In this document: one piece after another, positions 1-9,000 of the stretch
Position numbering within the stretch: the stretch's first letter is position 1
Layout of the letters: every line of letters begins with the position of its first letter
DNA from: Bacteroidales bacterium
GTDB lineage: Bacteria; Bacteroidota; Bacteroidia; Bacteroidales; FEN-979
DNA: 64,000 nt
Reading direction: 5' to 3'
Assembly (NCBI GenBank): GCA_023229525.1
Contig: JALNZC010000018.1
Location: 4,242 to 68,241, forward strand
Made by a program: the position numbers and the translations under genes
Notes under the pieces: model-generated
What the model saw: the letters and a program-made list of their open reading frames with translations, nothing else
The model's database searches: none
Told to the model about the DNA's origin: nothing

Positions 1-11
1 AAAAAGAAAAT

Positions 12-72
12 ATGATGGATGATGGATTATAATTCAATAATTGTAAATCTAAAATCGTAATTCGTAAATTCT
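12..72. repeat. short degenerate tandem units (gatggat x2; aatcgtaa/aattgtaa-like 8-mers) just 3' of the carrier-protein stop
   Basis: Read directly: tgatggatgatggat, then aattgtaaatctaaaatcgtaattcgtaaattc. Short and degenerate. Confidence 0.35.
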
Positions 73-669
73 TCAGGGTTTATCTTCTAATTTGATCATC
101 AACTGGTGGGCGGTCACGGTATCACCTTCCCGGACCAGTATTTCATGAACGATTTTTTCGCCGGTGGATTTGAATTCGCTTTGCATTTTCATGGCCTCCA
201 CCACGATCAATGTCTGGCCAGCAACCACTGTTTCTCCAATGGTAATGGGAATTTTGATTACTTTTCCGGGCATGGGAGAGGTAACATGGTTTGCTCCTTC
301 CGGTTCCTGCCCCTGGTTGCGGTTATTGATATACTTTGTTTCAGCGTCGATTATTTCAACATTGAATGTTTTTGCAAAGGTGTTGACAATATATTTCTTG
401 CTTGAATCTCCTTCGATGAGTTCGACATTATAAGAATGACCGTTAAAAAGGATGGAATAAACCCCATTTTCCACTTCCACGATATCGAGGTCGTATTTCC
501 GGTCATCCACTGCGATCAGCGCTTTATTACCGACCCGGTTGAGGAGCTCAATATTCGCTAAGCGGTGTTCGATGCTAACTTCATATGCCATAATATTATT
601 TATAACCGTAAATTCATTCTTTATTACTGTAAATTTTTCATAATCGTAAAACGTTCCGTTTTCTGCCAA
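73..669 (-). CDS. biotin carboxyl carrier protein (biotinyl domain) of a biotin-dependent acyl-CoA carboxylase
   Basis: 198-aa ORF. The C-terminal biotinyl domain carries the E-A-M-K-M biotinylation motif (LIVVEAMKMQSEF). It lies directly downstream of the biotin carboxylase gene and overlaps it by 32 nt. Start uncertain; an alternative Met is at 591. Confidence 0.85.
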   Translation of the reverse strand: MAENGTFYDYEKFTVIKNEFTVINNIMAYEVSIEHRLANIELLNRVGNKALIAVDDRKYDLDIVEVENGVYSILFNGHSYNVELIEGDSSKKYIVNTFAKTFNVEIIDAETKYINNRNQGQEPEGANHVTSPMPGKVIKIPITIGETVVAGQTLIVVEAMKMQSEFKSTGEKIVHEILVREGDTVTAHQLMIKLEDKP

Positions 670-2146
670 AATCTTTCCAGTTGTTACCTATATCTTCGGT
701 ATTTTTCGGAGGCCGGACCCGTGACAATTTGTCAAGATAGTCGATGAACGCTGCAATTATTGCCATATCTTCGCATTGTGTCCCACACAATTTCGAAGTG
801 AATAGCCGTTCGTGGTTATCTTCAATAAAATGTGTATTGTATTTCCCATCGATAAAGGCCGGAGTATCCATGATGCGTTCGAGAAATTTGATCGATGTGG
901 TAACTCCAGTAATCTTGTATTCATATAATGCCCGACGCATTCTGGCAATCGATTCTTTCCGGGTCTGACCCCACGTGATCAATTTACAGATCAAGGGGTC
1001 ATAATACATGGGTATTTCATATCCTTCATAAACATATCCGTCATAGCGCACTCCCAGACCAAGCGGTTCGGTTATGTGTTTGATGATACCTGGATTCGGC
1101 ATAAAGTTGTTATCGGGATCTTCGGCATAAATACGGCATTGTATGGCATGCCCGTGCTGATAAAGTTCGTCCTGTTTGAATGAAAGTGGGAGTCCGTTGG
1201 CAATGTTGATTTGTTCCTTCACAAGGTCGACACCGACGACGCGTTCGGTTACCGGATGTTCCACCTGCAAACGGGTATTCATTTCCAGGAAGTAATATTC
1301 AAGCTGATCACTGACAATGAATTCGATTGTTCCGGCTCCTTCATAATTTACCGCTTTGGCGGCAGCCACTGCTTTTTCACCCATCTCTCTGCGTAAATCC
1401 GGCGTCATGAGCGGGGACGGGGTCTCTTCGATCACCTTTTGATGCCTGCGTTGGATGGAACATTCGCGTTCGAACAGGTGAATAACATTTCCATGCTGGT
1501 CGGCGAGTATCTGGAATTCAATATGATGCGGTGACTCGATATATTTTTCAATATATACCGAATCGTCACCGAAGGCATTTAAGGCTTCCGAACGGGCCAT
1601 CCGTATCATAGGTATAAGATCATCCATGGATTTTATCAACCGCATCCCTTTGCCACCCCCTCCGGCAGAAGCCTTTATCATCACCGGGAATCCGATCTTG
1701 TTACAGATCATTTTGGCTTGTTCTTCATCGGTCAGTTTCTCAGTAGTTCCGGGTACGACCGGGACCCCTGACTTGATCATTGTTTTCCGGGCTGTGATCT
1801 TGTCCCCCATTGTGGTAATGGCATAAGCATCAGGTCCGATGAATTTTATGCCTTCCTGTTTGCATCGTTCCGAGAATGCTGCATTTTCCGAAAGGAAACC
1901 ATATCCCGGATGGATGGCATCAGCTCCTGCCTTTTTTGCGGCATCGATGATGGCCTCAATATTGAGATAACTGTCGCGTGAAGGTGCAGGTCCTATGTAA
2001 TAGGCTTCATCTGCATACCTGACATGCATGGCTTTCCGATCGGCATCAGAAAAAACGGCCACCGTGACCAATCGCAGTTCCCGGCAAGACCGCATGACCC
2101 TTAAGGCAATCTCACCACGATTAGCCACGAGTACTTTTTTGATCAT
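638..2146 (-). CDS. accC: biotin carboxylase (ATP-grasp subunit of acetyl/propionyl-CoA carboxylase)
   Basis: 502 aa. N-terminus MIKKVLVANRGEIALRVMRSCRE, glycine-rich loop KASAGGGGKGMR, EMNTRLQVEHPVTE block. Adjacent to the carrier protein. Confidence 0.95.
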   Translation of the reverse strand: MIKKVLVANRGEIALRVMRSCRELRLVTVAVFSDADRKAMHVRYADEAYYIGPAPSRDSYLNIEAIIDAAKKAGADAIHPGYGFLSENAAFSERCKQEGIKFIGPDAYAITTMGDKITARKTMIKSGVPVVPGTTEKLTDEEQAKMICNKIGFPVMIKASAGGGGKGMRLIKSMDDLIPMIRMARSEALNAFGDDSVYIEKYIESPHHIEFQILADQHGNVIHLFERECSIQRRHQKVIEETPSPLMTPDLRREMGEKAVAAAKAVNYEGAGTIEFIVSDQLEYYFLEMNTRLQVEHPVTERVVGVDLVKEQINIANGLPLSFKQDELYQHGHAIQCRIYAEDPDNNFMPNPGIIKHITEPLGLGVRYDGYVYEGYEIPMYYDPLICKLITWGQTRKESIARMRRALYEYKITGVTTSIKFLERIMDTPAFIDGKYNTHFIEDNHERLFTSKLCGTQCEDMAIIAAFIDYLDKLSRVRPPKNTEDIGNNWKDFGRKRNVLRL

Positions 2147-2321
2147 GTATTCAAACTATTTAATCAGAGTCAAAAAATCAAAACTATTAAAAAAATGAAT
2201 TCAAGAAGAGAATATATCTATCTATTTATAGATATTTAACATTTTGATTGATTTAAACAGCATTCCGGTTGCTTTTCGTTCCAAATTTTTCCGATCTTTG
2301 CTGCAAGATTTTCTGTACTTC

Positions 2322-3284
2322 ATGCCCTTACAAAAAACCCTTTTTCTCATTTTTTTACTCCTGATAACGGGGTCCTCCTGTCAGACCGACCTGTCAAAAA
2401 ATCATTCCTTATCCAGTCTCCCGATTCCCGGACAAAAAGAAAAAGCATTGGATAACAAACCTTTACTGGCGGCTCTCGAATCGCTTCGGAAAGACCCTTC
2501 CTTAAAAAACGGTTCATTGGGTTACCTGGTGGTAGATATCACTGCGAAAAATCCGGTTGTCGTTGCAGATTATCGTTCCAAATGGCCAATGATGCCTGCA
2601 TCAACCCTGAAAATTTTTGTAACCGGCGCCGCACTTGATATTCTCGGAAAAGAAATCATTCCTGAAGTCACCATCACCAACCTAATGAGTGTGAATTGGC
2701 GTTCATCAAAATTACTCCGGAAAATCGGGGGAAAGGTTTATAACACCGCCACTACCGTTGGAGGTGTTAAAGCTATTCTCGACTTCTGGGAAGAGCGGGG
2801 AGTTGATACCCATGGGATGTTTTTTTACGATGGTAATGGCTTGTCACGCAGGAACGCGATCTCCCCGAAGCAACTGGTTGACGCTCTATATGCCATCAGG
2901 ACCTCCCCCAGTTTTCACTATTTCTATGAATCACTTCCTCTTGCAGGCCTGACCGGCACTTTGCATAAGGCCATGAAAGGGACCGCAGCTGAAGGCCGCA
3001 TCCATGCAAAGACAGGCACCATTTCAAAGGTGAAAAGTTTCGCCGGATATATCTCAACCCTATCCGGACGGAGGCTGGTATTTTCCCTGCTTGTCAACGA
3101 TTTCGATTGCCGTCCGAAATTGATGAAGAAGAAACTCGAGGCCGTACTGATTAAAATGGCGGAGATTAAGAAGCAGGATGCAGGATGCAGGATACAGGAT
3201 AAAAGGTCGCTGCGCTCCCGATGCTGGATGCTGGATGATAAAAGAGGGATGATTTCAAAGGGTGGATGGTTGGCCGAGAATTAG
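2322..3284 (+). CDS. D-alanyl-D-alanine carboxypeptidase/endopeptidase (PBP4 / peptidase S13 family), lipoprotein-type signal
   Basis: S-x-x-K active-site motif (PASTLKIF) and KTG motif (HAKTGTISKV). I prefer the ATG at 2322 (MPLQKTLFLIFLLLITGSSC signal) over the TTG at 2244. The last ~35 codons read through heptamer array 3173-3238. Confidence 0.75.
   Translation: MPLQKTLFLIFLLLITGSSCQTDLSKNHSLSSLPIPGQKEKALDNKPLLAALESLRKDPSLKNGSLGYLVVDITAKNPVVVADYRSKWPMMPASTLKIFVTGAALDILGKEIIPEVTITNLMSVNWRSSKLLRKIGGKVYNTATTVGGVKAILDFWEERGVDTHGMFFYDGNGLSRRNAISPKQLVDALYAIRTSPSFHYFYESLPLAGLTGTLHKAMKGTAAEGRIHAKTGTISKVKSFAGYISTLSGRRLVFSLLVNDFDCRPKLMKKKLEAVLIKMAEIKKQDAGCRIQDKRSLRSRCWMLDDKRGMISKGGWLAEN
3173..3238 (+). 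repeat. family A heptamer array (gcaggat/gctggat) with a GGTCGCTGCGCTCCCGATG leader module, inside the 3' end of the PBP4-like ORF
   Basis: Read directly: gcaggatgcaggatgcaggatacaggat aaaaggtcgctgcgctcccgatgctggatgctggatga. Confidence 0.9.
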
Positions 3285-3295
3285 CAAGATCTTAA

Positions 3296-5116
3296 TCAGA
3301 CAAAAGACTGCAGCTCATATAATTTCCTGTAAATCCCGTTTCGTTCGAGTAGATCGTTGTGTGTCCCCCGTTCCATCAGGGTGCCATTCTGTATGACAAT
3401 GATTTCATCGGCAAACTGAATGGTCGACAACCGGTGGGCGATGACGATGGAAGTACGGTTACGCATGAGATTTTCGAGTGCCTGCTGGACCAGTCTTTCC
3501 GATTCCGTATCCAAAGCCGAGGTGGCTTCGTCGAGAATAAGAATGGGTGGATTTTTCAACACTGCACGGGCAATACTGAGACGCTGACGTTGTCCGCCCG
3601 ACAATTTGGTACCCCGGTCACCGATATTGGTTTTGTATCCCAGTGACATTCTTTCGATAAACTCATGTGCATTGGCAACTTTGGCAGCAGCAGTTACCTC
3701 TTCTTCGCTGATGTTCTCCATACCAAATGCAATGTTATTGAAAACGGTATCGTTGAACAGAATGGTTTCCTGTGAAACAATGCCCATTAATCCACGCAGA
3801 TCGCTTATTACCAGGTCGCGGATGTTAATTCCATCAATGCATATTTCCCCCTGCAGACAATCATAAAAACGCGGTAACAGATCTACCAGTGTGGATTTAC
3901 CACCGCCAGATGGTCCCACAAGTGCAATGGTGCGTCCCTTGTTGATCGTTAAATCGATATTTTTCAACACGGGTTCCTTTGCATAGGAAAAGCGAACATT
4001 CTTGTACTCTATCGACGAACGGAAATCTTTCTTGATTACGGCATCCTTCCTTTCTTCGATCACTTCCGGCTCGGCAAGCACTTGTTCAATACGCTCTACG
4101 GATGCAACCCCTTTCTTGATATTATAAAAAGCCTGGGTGATCGCCTTGGCCGGGGGCATCAATTGGGAGAATACGCCAAGGTAAACAAGGAATGTTGCGG
4201 CATCCAGGAAATTCCCTGGTGTAAATACCAGCTTTCCTCCGTACCAGAGGACGATGGTGACAACACAAGCACTCAGGAATTCACTCAGTGGAGATGCCAG
4301 ATCACGCTTTCGATATAGCCTGACCATCAAGCGGTTGTATTCGTGGTTGGTGTTACGGAAACGCCTATCGGCGAAATCAATGGCATTGAAAGCTTTGATT
4401 ATTCTTAATCCCGAAATCGTCTCTTCGATAATTGACAGTAGGAAACCCATCTTTTTCTGACCCTTGTCGGAAGTTCGTTTTAAACTTTTACCGATCCTTC
4501 CGATGATAAATCCGCTGACAGGTAAAAGTACAAGGACAAAAATAGTAAGCGACGGGCTGGTGATAAAAAGAAATACCAGGTAGACAAGCATCGTGATCGG
4601 ATCACGGAAGGCCATTTCCAATGAACTCATGATGGACCATTCCACCTCCTGCACATCAGTTGTCATTCGGGCAATAATATCGCCCTTACGCTTTTCGTTA
4701 AAATAGGATAATGGAAGTATCAGGATTTTCCGGTAAAGACTATTACGGAGATCTTTGACGACACCGTTCCTGACCACAGCAAGGAAATACATGGCCAGGT
4801 ACCGGAACAAATTCTTGAGAAAATAAAGGATTATGATGAGAATGCCAATATAAACAAGCATTCTCTCGTTGCCATACTTTTGAAGGAATTGACCTGTAAA
4901 ATAGTAGAAGTTATCTCGGACGGAATCAATAGTGAAAACAAGTGGCGGAGCAGACAATGGGATGTCAATCTGGTGAAAAAGCATCTGTAAGACCGGGATA
5001 AATAAGGTAAAAGATGCCAGGGAGAAGATGACCGCCAGAATGTTGAACAAAACATTCAATGCCGCATATGCCTTGTAGGGACCTGCAAAACGCAGTATCT
5101 TGAAAAAACTTTTCAC
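3296..5116 (-). CDS. ABC transporter, fused permease/ATPase (MsbA-like lipid/multidrug exporter)
   Basis: 606 aa. N-terminal 6-TM domain, Walker A GPSGGGKST, ABC signature LSGGQRQRLSIARA, Walker B ILILDEATSALD. Confidence 0.9.
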   Translation of the reverse strand: MKSFFKILRFAGPYKAYAALNVLFNILAVIFSLASFTLFIPVLQMLFHQIDIPLSAPPLVFTIDSVRDNFYYFTGQFLQKYGNERMLVYIGILIIILYFLKNLFRYLAMYFLAVVRNGVVKDLRNSLYRKILILPLSYFNEKRKGDIIARMTTDVQEVEWSIMSSLEMAFRDPITMLVYLVFLFITSPSLTIFVLVLLPVSGFIIGRIGKSLKRTSDKGQKKMGFLLSIIEETISGLRIIKAFNAIDFADRRFRNTNHEYNRLMVRLYRKRDLASPLSEFLSACVVTIVLWYGGKLVFTPGNFLDAATFLVYLGVFSQLMPPAKAITQAFYNIKKGVASVERIEQVLAEPEVIEERKDAVIKKDFRSSIEYKNVRFSYAKEPVLKNIDLTINKGRTIALVGPSGGGKSTLVDLLPRFYDCLQGEICIDGINIRDLVISDLRGLMGIVSQETILFNDTVFNNIAFGMENISEEEVTAAAKVANAHEFIERMSLGYKTNIGDRGTKLSGGQRQRLSIARAVLKNPPILILDEATSALDTESERLVQQALENLMRNRTSIVIAHRLSTIQFADEIIVIQNGTLMERGTHNDLLERNGIYRKLYELQSFV

Positions 5117-5179
5117 GGGTGCAAAGATAGAAGATTAAGGTTAAATAACTTCCGTTTTTGCCGGCCTGTTTTTATTTTT

Positions 5180-5187
5180 TACCTTTG
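5180..5187 (+). promoter_or_regulatory. candidate Bacteroidota -7 promoter box (TAnnTTTG) for rbfA
   Basis: tacctttg ends 4 nt before the rbfA ATG (5192), which would imply a near-leaderless transcript. This is a motif match only. Confidence 0.3.
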
Positions 5188-5191
5188 TGAA

Positions 5192-5533
5192 ATGGAATCC
5201 ACACGTCAGCAAAAAATTTCACGTCTTATCCAAAAGGAATTGGGCGTCATTTTTCAGCAGGAAGCCCGGAACCTGTTCGAAGGGGCACTGATCACAGTGA
5301 CCAAGGTACAGGTTACCAAAGATCTGGCCATCGCCAGGGCAAACCTTAGCCTTTTTGGTATCAAGGATAAAAATGCCCTGCTCGAAAAAATCCGGCATCA
5401 TACTCGGGAATTAAGGCATCATATGGTCCGGCAGATCCATGATCAGTTGCGGATCATGCCTGAGTTGCAGTTTTATCTCGACGATTCGCTGGATTATATT
5501 GACAATATTGATCACTTGCTGAAGGACGGATAG
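5192..5533 (+). CDS. rbfA: ribosome-binding factor A
   Basis: 113 aa with the typical RbfA N-terminus (RQQKISRLIQKELGVIF...VTKVQVTKDLAIARA). Confidence 0.9.
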   Translation: MESTRQQKISRLIQKELGVIFQQEARNLFEGALITVTKVQVTKDLAIARANLSLFGIKDKNALLEKIRHHTRELRHHMVRQIHDQLRIMPELQFYLDDSLDYIDNIDHLLKDG

Positions 5534-5672
5534 AGGTCGCTTCGCTCACGATGCTGGATGAATGGTCGCTTCGCTCCCGATACTGGATGCTGGATGCTGG
5601 ATGCTGGATGCTGGATAAAAAATATTTCCGTTGGAGTCCCGTCATTTGAATTTTGAGTATTAAATTTTGAGG
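5534..5672 (+). repeat. composite intercistronic element: family A heptamer array (ctggatg) with two GGTCGCTTCGCTC(A/C)CGAT leader modules, then a TTTGAATTTTGAG-type U-rich module abutting the next start codon
   Basis: Begins the nucleotide after the rbfA stop (5533). The array runs to ~5617. The module catttgaattttgagtattaaattttgagg (5643-5672) ends 7 nt before the ATG at 5680. Confidence 0.85.
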
Positions 5673-5679
5673 TTGCAAA

Positions 5680-6501
5680 ATGCAATACGACCCTATAAAA
5701 AAATCGCTGGGTGGCGTGTTTAACAAAACTCCATTACTGCGGATTTTGTTCTATAAACTGCTTGATCTCTTACTTTTGCGAGCCTGGTACGTCCGTCGGG
5801 AAATAAAACGATGGGCAAAGGATCTTTCTAGGCATGAGGGTCGCCGTTGTGCTATTCTCGATGCGGGTTCGGGCTTCGGCCAGTATACCTATTTCCTGAC
5901 AGGACTGAATCCGCTCTGGTTTGTGGATGCAGTGGATGTAAAGGAGGAACAGATCGCTGATTGCAATGATTTTTTCACCCGGATCAATCGTAACAATGTG
6001 CTCTTCGAAAAAGCGGACCTGACTTCTTTTATCAAACCTGACAAATTCGACTTGATCCTGTCGGTCGATGTCATGGAACACATTGCCGATGATGAAAAGG
6101 TATTCCGCAACTTCTATGATTCCCTCACCCAACAGGGTATGTTGCTGATATCCACCCCATCTGACCAGGGTGGGTCTGATGTACACGATCACGAGGATAG
6201 CTCTTCCTTTATCGATGAACATGTGCGTGACGGCTATAACATGTCAGACATACGAGGTAAGCTGGAAAGTGCGGGATTCACCAATACAGAAGCCTATTAC
6301 ACTTATGGAGCACCGGGGAAAACCGGATGGCGGCTTTCGATGAAATATCCTATTTTGATGTTGAATACTTCCAGGCTTTTTTTCATCCTTCTCCCTATTT
6401 ACTATATTATCGTATATCCCATCGCTTTTTTTTGTAATTGGCTGGATACCTGTTTTCATCACAAGTCGGGGACGGGGTTGATCGTGAAGGCTTGGAAATA
6501 A
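5680..6501 (+). CDS. class I SAM-dependent methyltransferase with a C-terminal hydrophobic segment
   Basis: 273 aa with SAM-binding motif I (ILDAGSGFGQY) and DLILSVDVMEHI. Confidence 0.8.
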   Translation: MQYDPIKKSLGGVFNKTPLLRILFYKLLDLLLLRAWYVRREIKRWAKDLSRHEGRRCAILDAGSGFGQYTYFLTGLNPLWFVDAVDVKEEQIADCNDFFTRINRNNVLFEKADLTSFIKPDKFDLILSVDVMEHIADDEKVFRNFYDSLTQQGMLLISTPSDQGGSDVHDHEDSSSFIDEHVRDGYNMSDIRGKLESAGFTNTEAYYTYGAPGKTGWRLSMKYPILMLNTSRLFFILLPIYYIIVYPIAFFCNWLDTCFHHKSGTGLIVKAWK

Positions 6502-6503
6502 AA

Positions 6504-6680
6504 ATGAGTGAATGAAGGAATGAAGGAATGAAGGAATGAAGGAATGAAGGAATGAAGGATTGAGTGAATGAGTGATTGAGTGATTGTGTGGGTGAATCAA
6601 TGAATGATTGACAAAGTATCAAACTGCAATAAACGTCTTTAACTTTTAACTTTTGACTTTTGATTTTTGACTTTTGAATT
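6504..6680 (+). repeat. composite intercistronic element: family C octamer array (gaatgaag) - ATGAATGA core - family D module (cttttgac/ttttgatt units)
   Basis: The gaatgaagg array starts 3 nt after the methyltransferase stop (6501). Core: gaatcaatgaatgattgac. The module ctttaacttttaacttttgacttttgatttttgacttttga runs into the TTG start of the next gene (6674). Confidence 0.9.
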
Positions 6681-7909
6681 TCCCTTTTTATATAGCCCGC
6701 AGGTACCTGGTTTCGAAGAAATCGCATAACATCATCAATATTATTTCTGCGATTTCAATTGTTGGCGTTGCCATCGGAGCCATGGCGCTCATCATTGTGC
6801 TTTCGGTGTTCAACGGGTTCGAAAAGCTGGTTGTTTCCCTTTTCAGTTCATTCAATCCCGATATGCAGGTCACGGTCAGGCATGGCAAAACCTTTGATAT
6901 CAATAAGATTCCCCTGGACCAGTTGCGAAAAATTCCTGGTATTGTTCATCTTACCGATGTGATCGAAGAGGATGCCCTGATCAAATACAAGGAGAAACAA
7001 ACCATTGTTACAATAAAAGGAGTTGGCCAGGAATTTATCCATATGAGCGGGATTGACACGATGATGGCGGAAGGAGATTTCAAACTTCAGGACAAGGACC
7101 AAAATTTTGCTGTACTGGGATACGGAATAGCCTCAACGATAGGCGCTAACCTTAAAGATTATCTGAATCCGCTGGTGGTATATGTTCCGCGTCGGGATGC
7201 TTCCTTGTCCGGAGGATTTGAAAATGCCTTCAGTTCAGATGTAATATTTCCGGCAGGTTTTTTTTCAATTCAACAGGATTATGACGTTAAATATGTTCTC
7301 CTCCCTTTACGGTTTGTGCAGAATCTGTTGGATTATGGAAACGAACGGACAGGCCTTGAAATGAGTCTGGCCAGGGGCTCGGATCAGCAAAAGATCCAGC
7401 GACAGATTGAAACCTTCATGGGTAATGAATTCCGGGTTCAAAACCGGTTTCAGCAACAGGAGATCCTCTATAAAATCATGAGATCGGAAAAACTCTATAT
7501 TTTCCTCATCCTTTCATTCATCCTGTTCATGGCGACGTTCAATGTGATCGGATCGCTTTCGATGCTAATTCTCGATAAGAGAAAAGATATCGCTTTACTG
7601 CGGAGCATGGGAGCAAGTCAACGCATTATCCGGTGGATTTTTTTTATCGAAGGAATACTTATCTCTTTAATCGGCGCTGTAGCCGGATTAGTATTGGGAG
7701 CCGCTGTCTGCTGGATACAGATCCGTTATGGGATTATCGCATTGGGATCCCCTGACAGCAGTTTTGTGGTGAGCGCCTATCCGGTTCATTTACAAATCGC
7801 TGACTTTGTCCTTGTATTCACAACTGTTCTATCGATCGGATTTCTTGCAGCCTGGTATCCCGTGTACAATATCCGTAAAATTCATCTCGGGCTTATTAAA
7901 CCGGATTAA
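6674..7909 (+). CDS. FtsX-like ABC transporter permease (LolC/E-type lipoprotein-releasing family)
   Basis: 411 aa. N-terminus FPFYIARRYLVSKKSHNIINIISAISIVGVAIG is typical of LolC/E. Large periplasmic loop followed by a C-terminal 3-TM FtsX domain. TTG start inferred. Confidence 0.85.
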   Translation: MNFPFYIARRYLVSKKSHNIINIISAISIVGVAIGAMALIIVLSVFNGFEKLVVSLFSSFNPDMQVTVRHGKTFDINKIPLDQLRKIPGIVHLTDVIEEDALIKYKEKQTIVTIKGVGQEFIHMSGIDTMMAEGDFKLQDKDQNFAVLGYGIASTIGANLKDYLNPLVVYVPRRDASLSGGFENAFSSDVIFPAGFFSIQQDYDVKYVLLPLRFVQNLLDYGNERTGLEMSLARGSDQQKIQRQIETFMGNEFRVQNRFQQQEILYKIMRSEKLYIFLILSFILFMATFNVIGSLSMLILDKRKDIALLRSMGASQRIIRWIFFIEGILISLIGAVAGLVLGAAVCWIQIRYGIIALGSPDSSFVVSAYPVHLQIADFVLVFTTVLSIGFLAAWYPVYNIRKIHLGLIKPD

Positions 7910-7947
7910 TTTCCACCTGGCTTGTGCACATTAATTTCTCCCGGTTT

Positions 7948-8937
7948 TTATGAAATGTAAACCTCCAGAAGTTTACAGGTTGAATCCGGTTCCAGGATCG
8001 TATTTTCAATAGTTGCCGGAAGAAGGATCGCTTCTCCGGGCTTTATTGACACAGGATCGTTGTCTGTCCGGATGATCGCTTTCCCTTCTATGCCAAGATA
8101 AATGACAAACGAATCCAGAATGGAATAGTCTTTTTCCATTTTCCGGTCAAAGGTCAGCAAGTCGGTTGTGAAATATGGACAATCAACCAAAGGGGATGAT
8201 TGATTCATGATCGGTCTGTAATGGGTACGGTATGAATCCGGAAAATTAAAATCAATGGCTTCGAGGGCAAGGTCGGTATGCAAATCCCTCGGATTTCCCT
8301 CACTATCGACCCGGTCCCAGTCGAAGATACGGTATGTTGTATCGGAAGTCTGTTGAATTTCTGCCAGCAGTATTCCGGGACCCAGAGCATGAACACGGCC
8401 TGCCGGAATAAAAAAGAGATCATCCCGTTTTACTTTTTCAACATTCAGAATCTCTTTCAACCTTTTTTGATGAAAAAAATCAAGGTATGTACTTGCATTC
8501 ATCTCCCGGTTGAAACCGGTGATCAGTTCGGCGCCGGATTCCGCCTCCAGGATATACCACATCTCCGTTTTCCCGCTACCGATTTTCCTGAGGGCTGCCA
8601 GTTTATCGTCAGGATGAACCTGAATAGAGAGATATGCATTGGCGTCAATAACCTTGATGAGCAGGGGAAATTCCGTTTGATGTTTTTCGAATACTTTTTC
8701 ACCCACAAGCTCATCCATATATATCTCCAGGATTTCGTTCAATTCATTGCCGGCAAGGAATCCATTGACAATTTCTGTCTGGCATCCGGAAACCCCGGAT
8801 AGCGCCCACAACTCGCCGCAATTGGGCAAGGGTGAAAAATCAAGACCCAGATGTGTCCTGATTTTTTGTCCTCCCCAGATTTTATCTTTATAAACAGGTT
8901 TGAATTTCAGCGGGTATAACATAATTTGAAAAATCAA
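7948..8937 (-). CDS. manA: class I mannose-6-phosphate isomerase
   Basis: 329 aa. N-terminal KPVYKDKIWGG, zinc-binding motif SIQVHPDD, and AGRVHALGPG. Confidence 0.85.
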   Translation of the reverse strand: MIFQIMLYPLKFKPVYKDKIWGGQKIRTHLGLDFSPLPNCGELWALSGVSGCQTEIVNGFLAGNELNEILEIYMDELVGEKVFEKHQTEFPLLIKVIDANAYLSIQVHPDDKLAALRKIGSGKTEMWYILEAESGAELITGFNREMNASTYLDFFHQKRLKEILNVEKVKRDDLFFIPAGRVHALGPGILLAEIQQTSDTTYRIFDWDRVDSEGNPRDLHTDLALEAIDFNFPDSYRTHYRPIMNQSSPLVDCPYFTTDLLTFDRKMEKDYSILDSFVIYLGIEGKAIIRTDNDPVSIKPGEAILLPATIENTILEPDSTCKLLEVYIS

Positions 8938-9000
8938 TAAAATTATTATGTAAATTTGAAAATTACATTATGTGCAAAAGTACTGAATTTCGTAAATTTT

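Noticed and set aside
2244-2321. TTG start at 2244 for the PBP4-like gene. Similar upstream extensions exist at 8956, 10028, 10892, 22458, 23089, 32580 and 36639.
   Set aside because: In each case a downstream ATG gives a proper signal peptide or domain start. It also removes overlap with the preceding gene or repeat.
5770-6222. A set of 110-195-aa antisense or alternative-frame ORFs inside long genes: 5770-6222, 8278-8802, 24369-24869, 28545-29039, 32078-32590, 35129-35680, 49812-50396 and 54445-54993.
   Set aside because: Each lies wholly within a confidently identified gene on the opposite strand or in another frame. None shows a recognisable domain.
6244-6727. ORFs 6244-6600(-) and 6407-6727(-), with HSFIPSFLHSF-type peptides. 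Likewise 19420-19719(-), 21555-21770(-), 42345-42697(-, three ORFs: 42345-42593, 42415-42600, 42458-42697) and 16551-16874(+).
   Set aside because: They are open only because the tandem arrays lack stops on that strand. The peptides are pure repeat translations that overlap better-supported genes or intergenic arrays.
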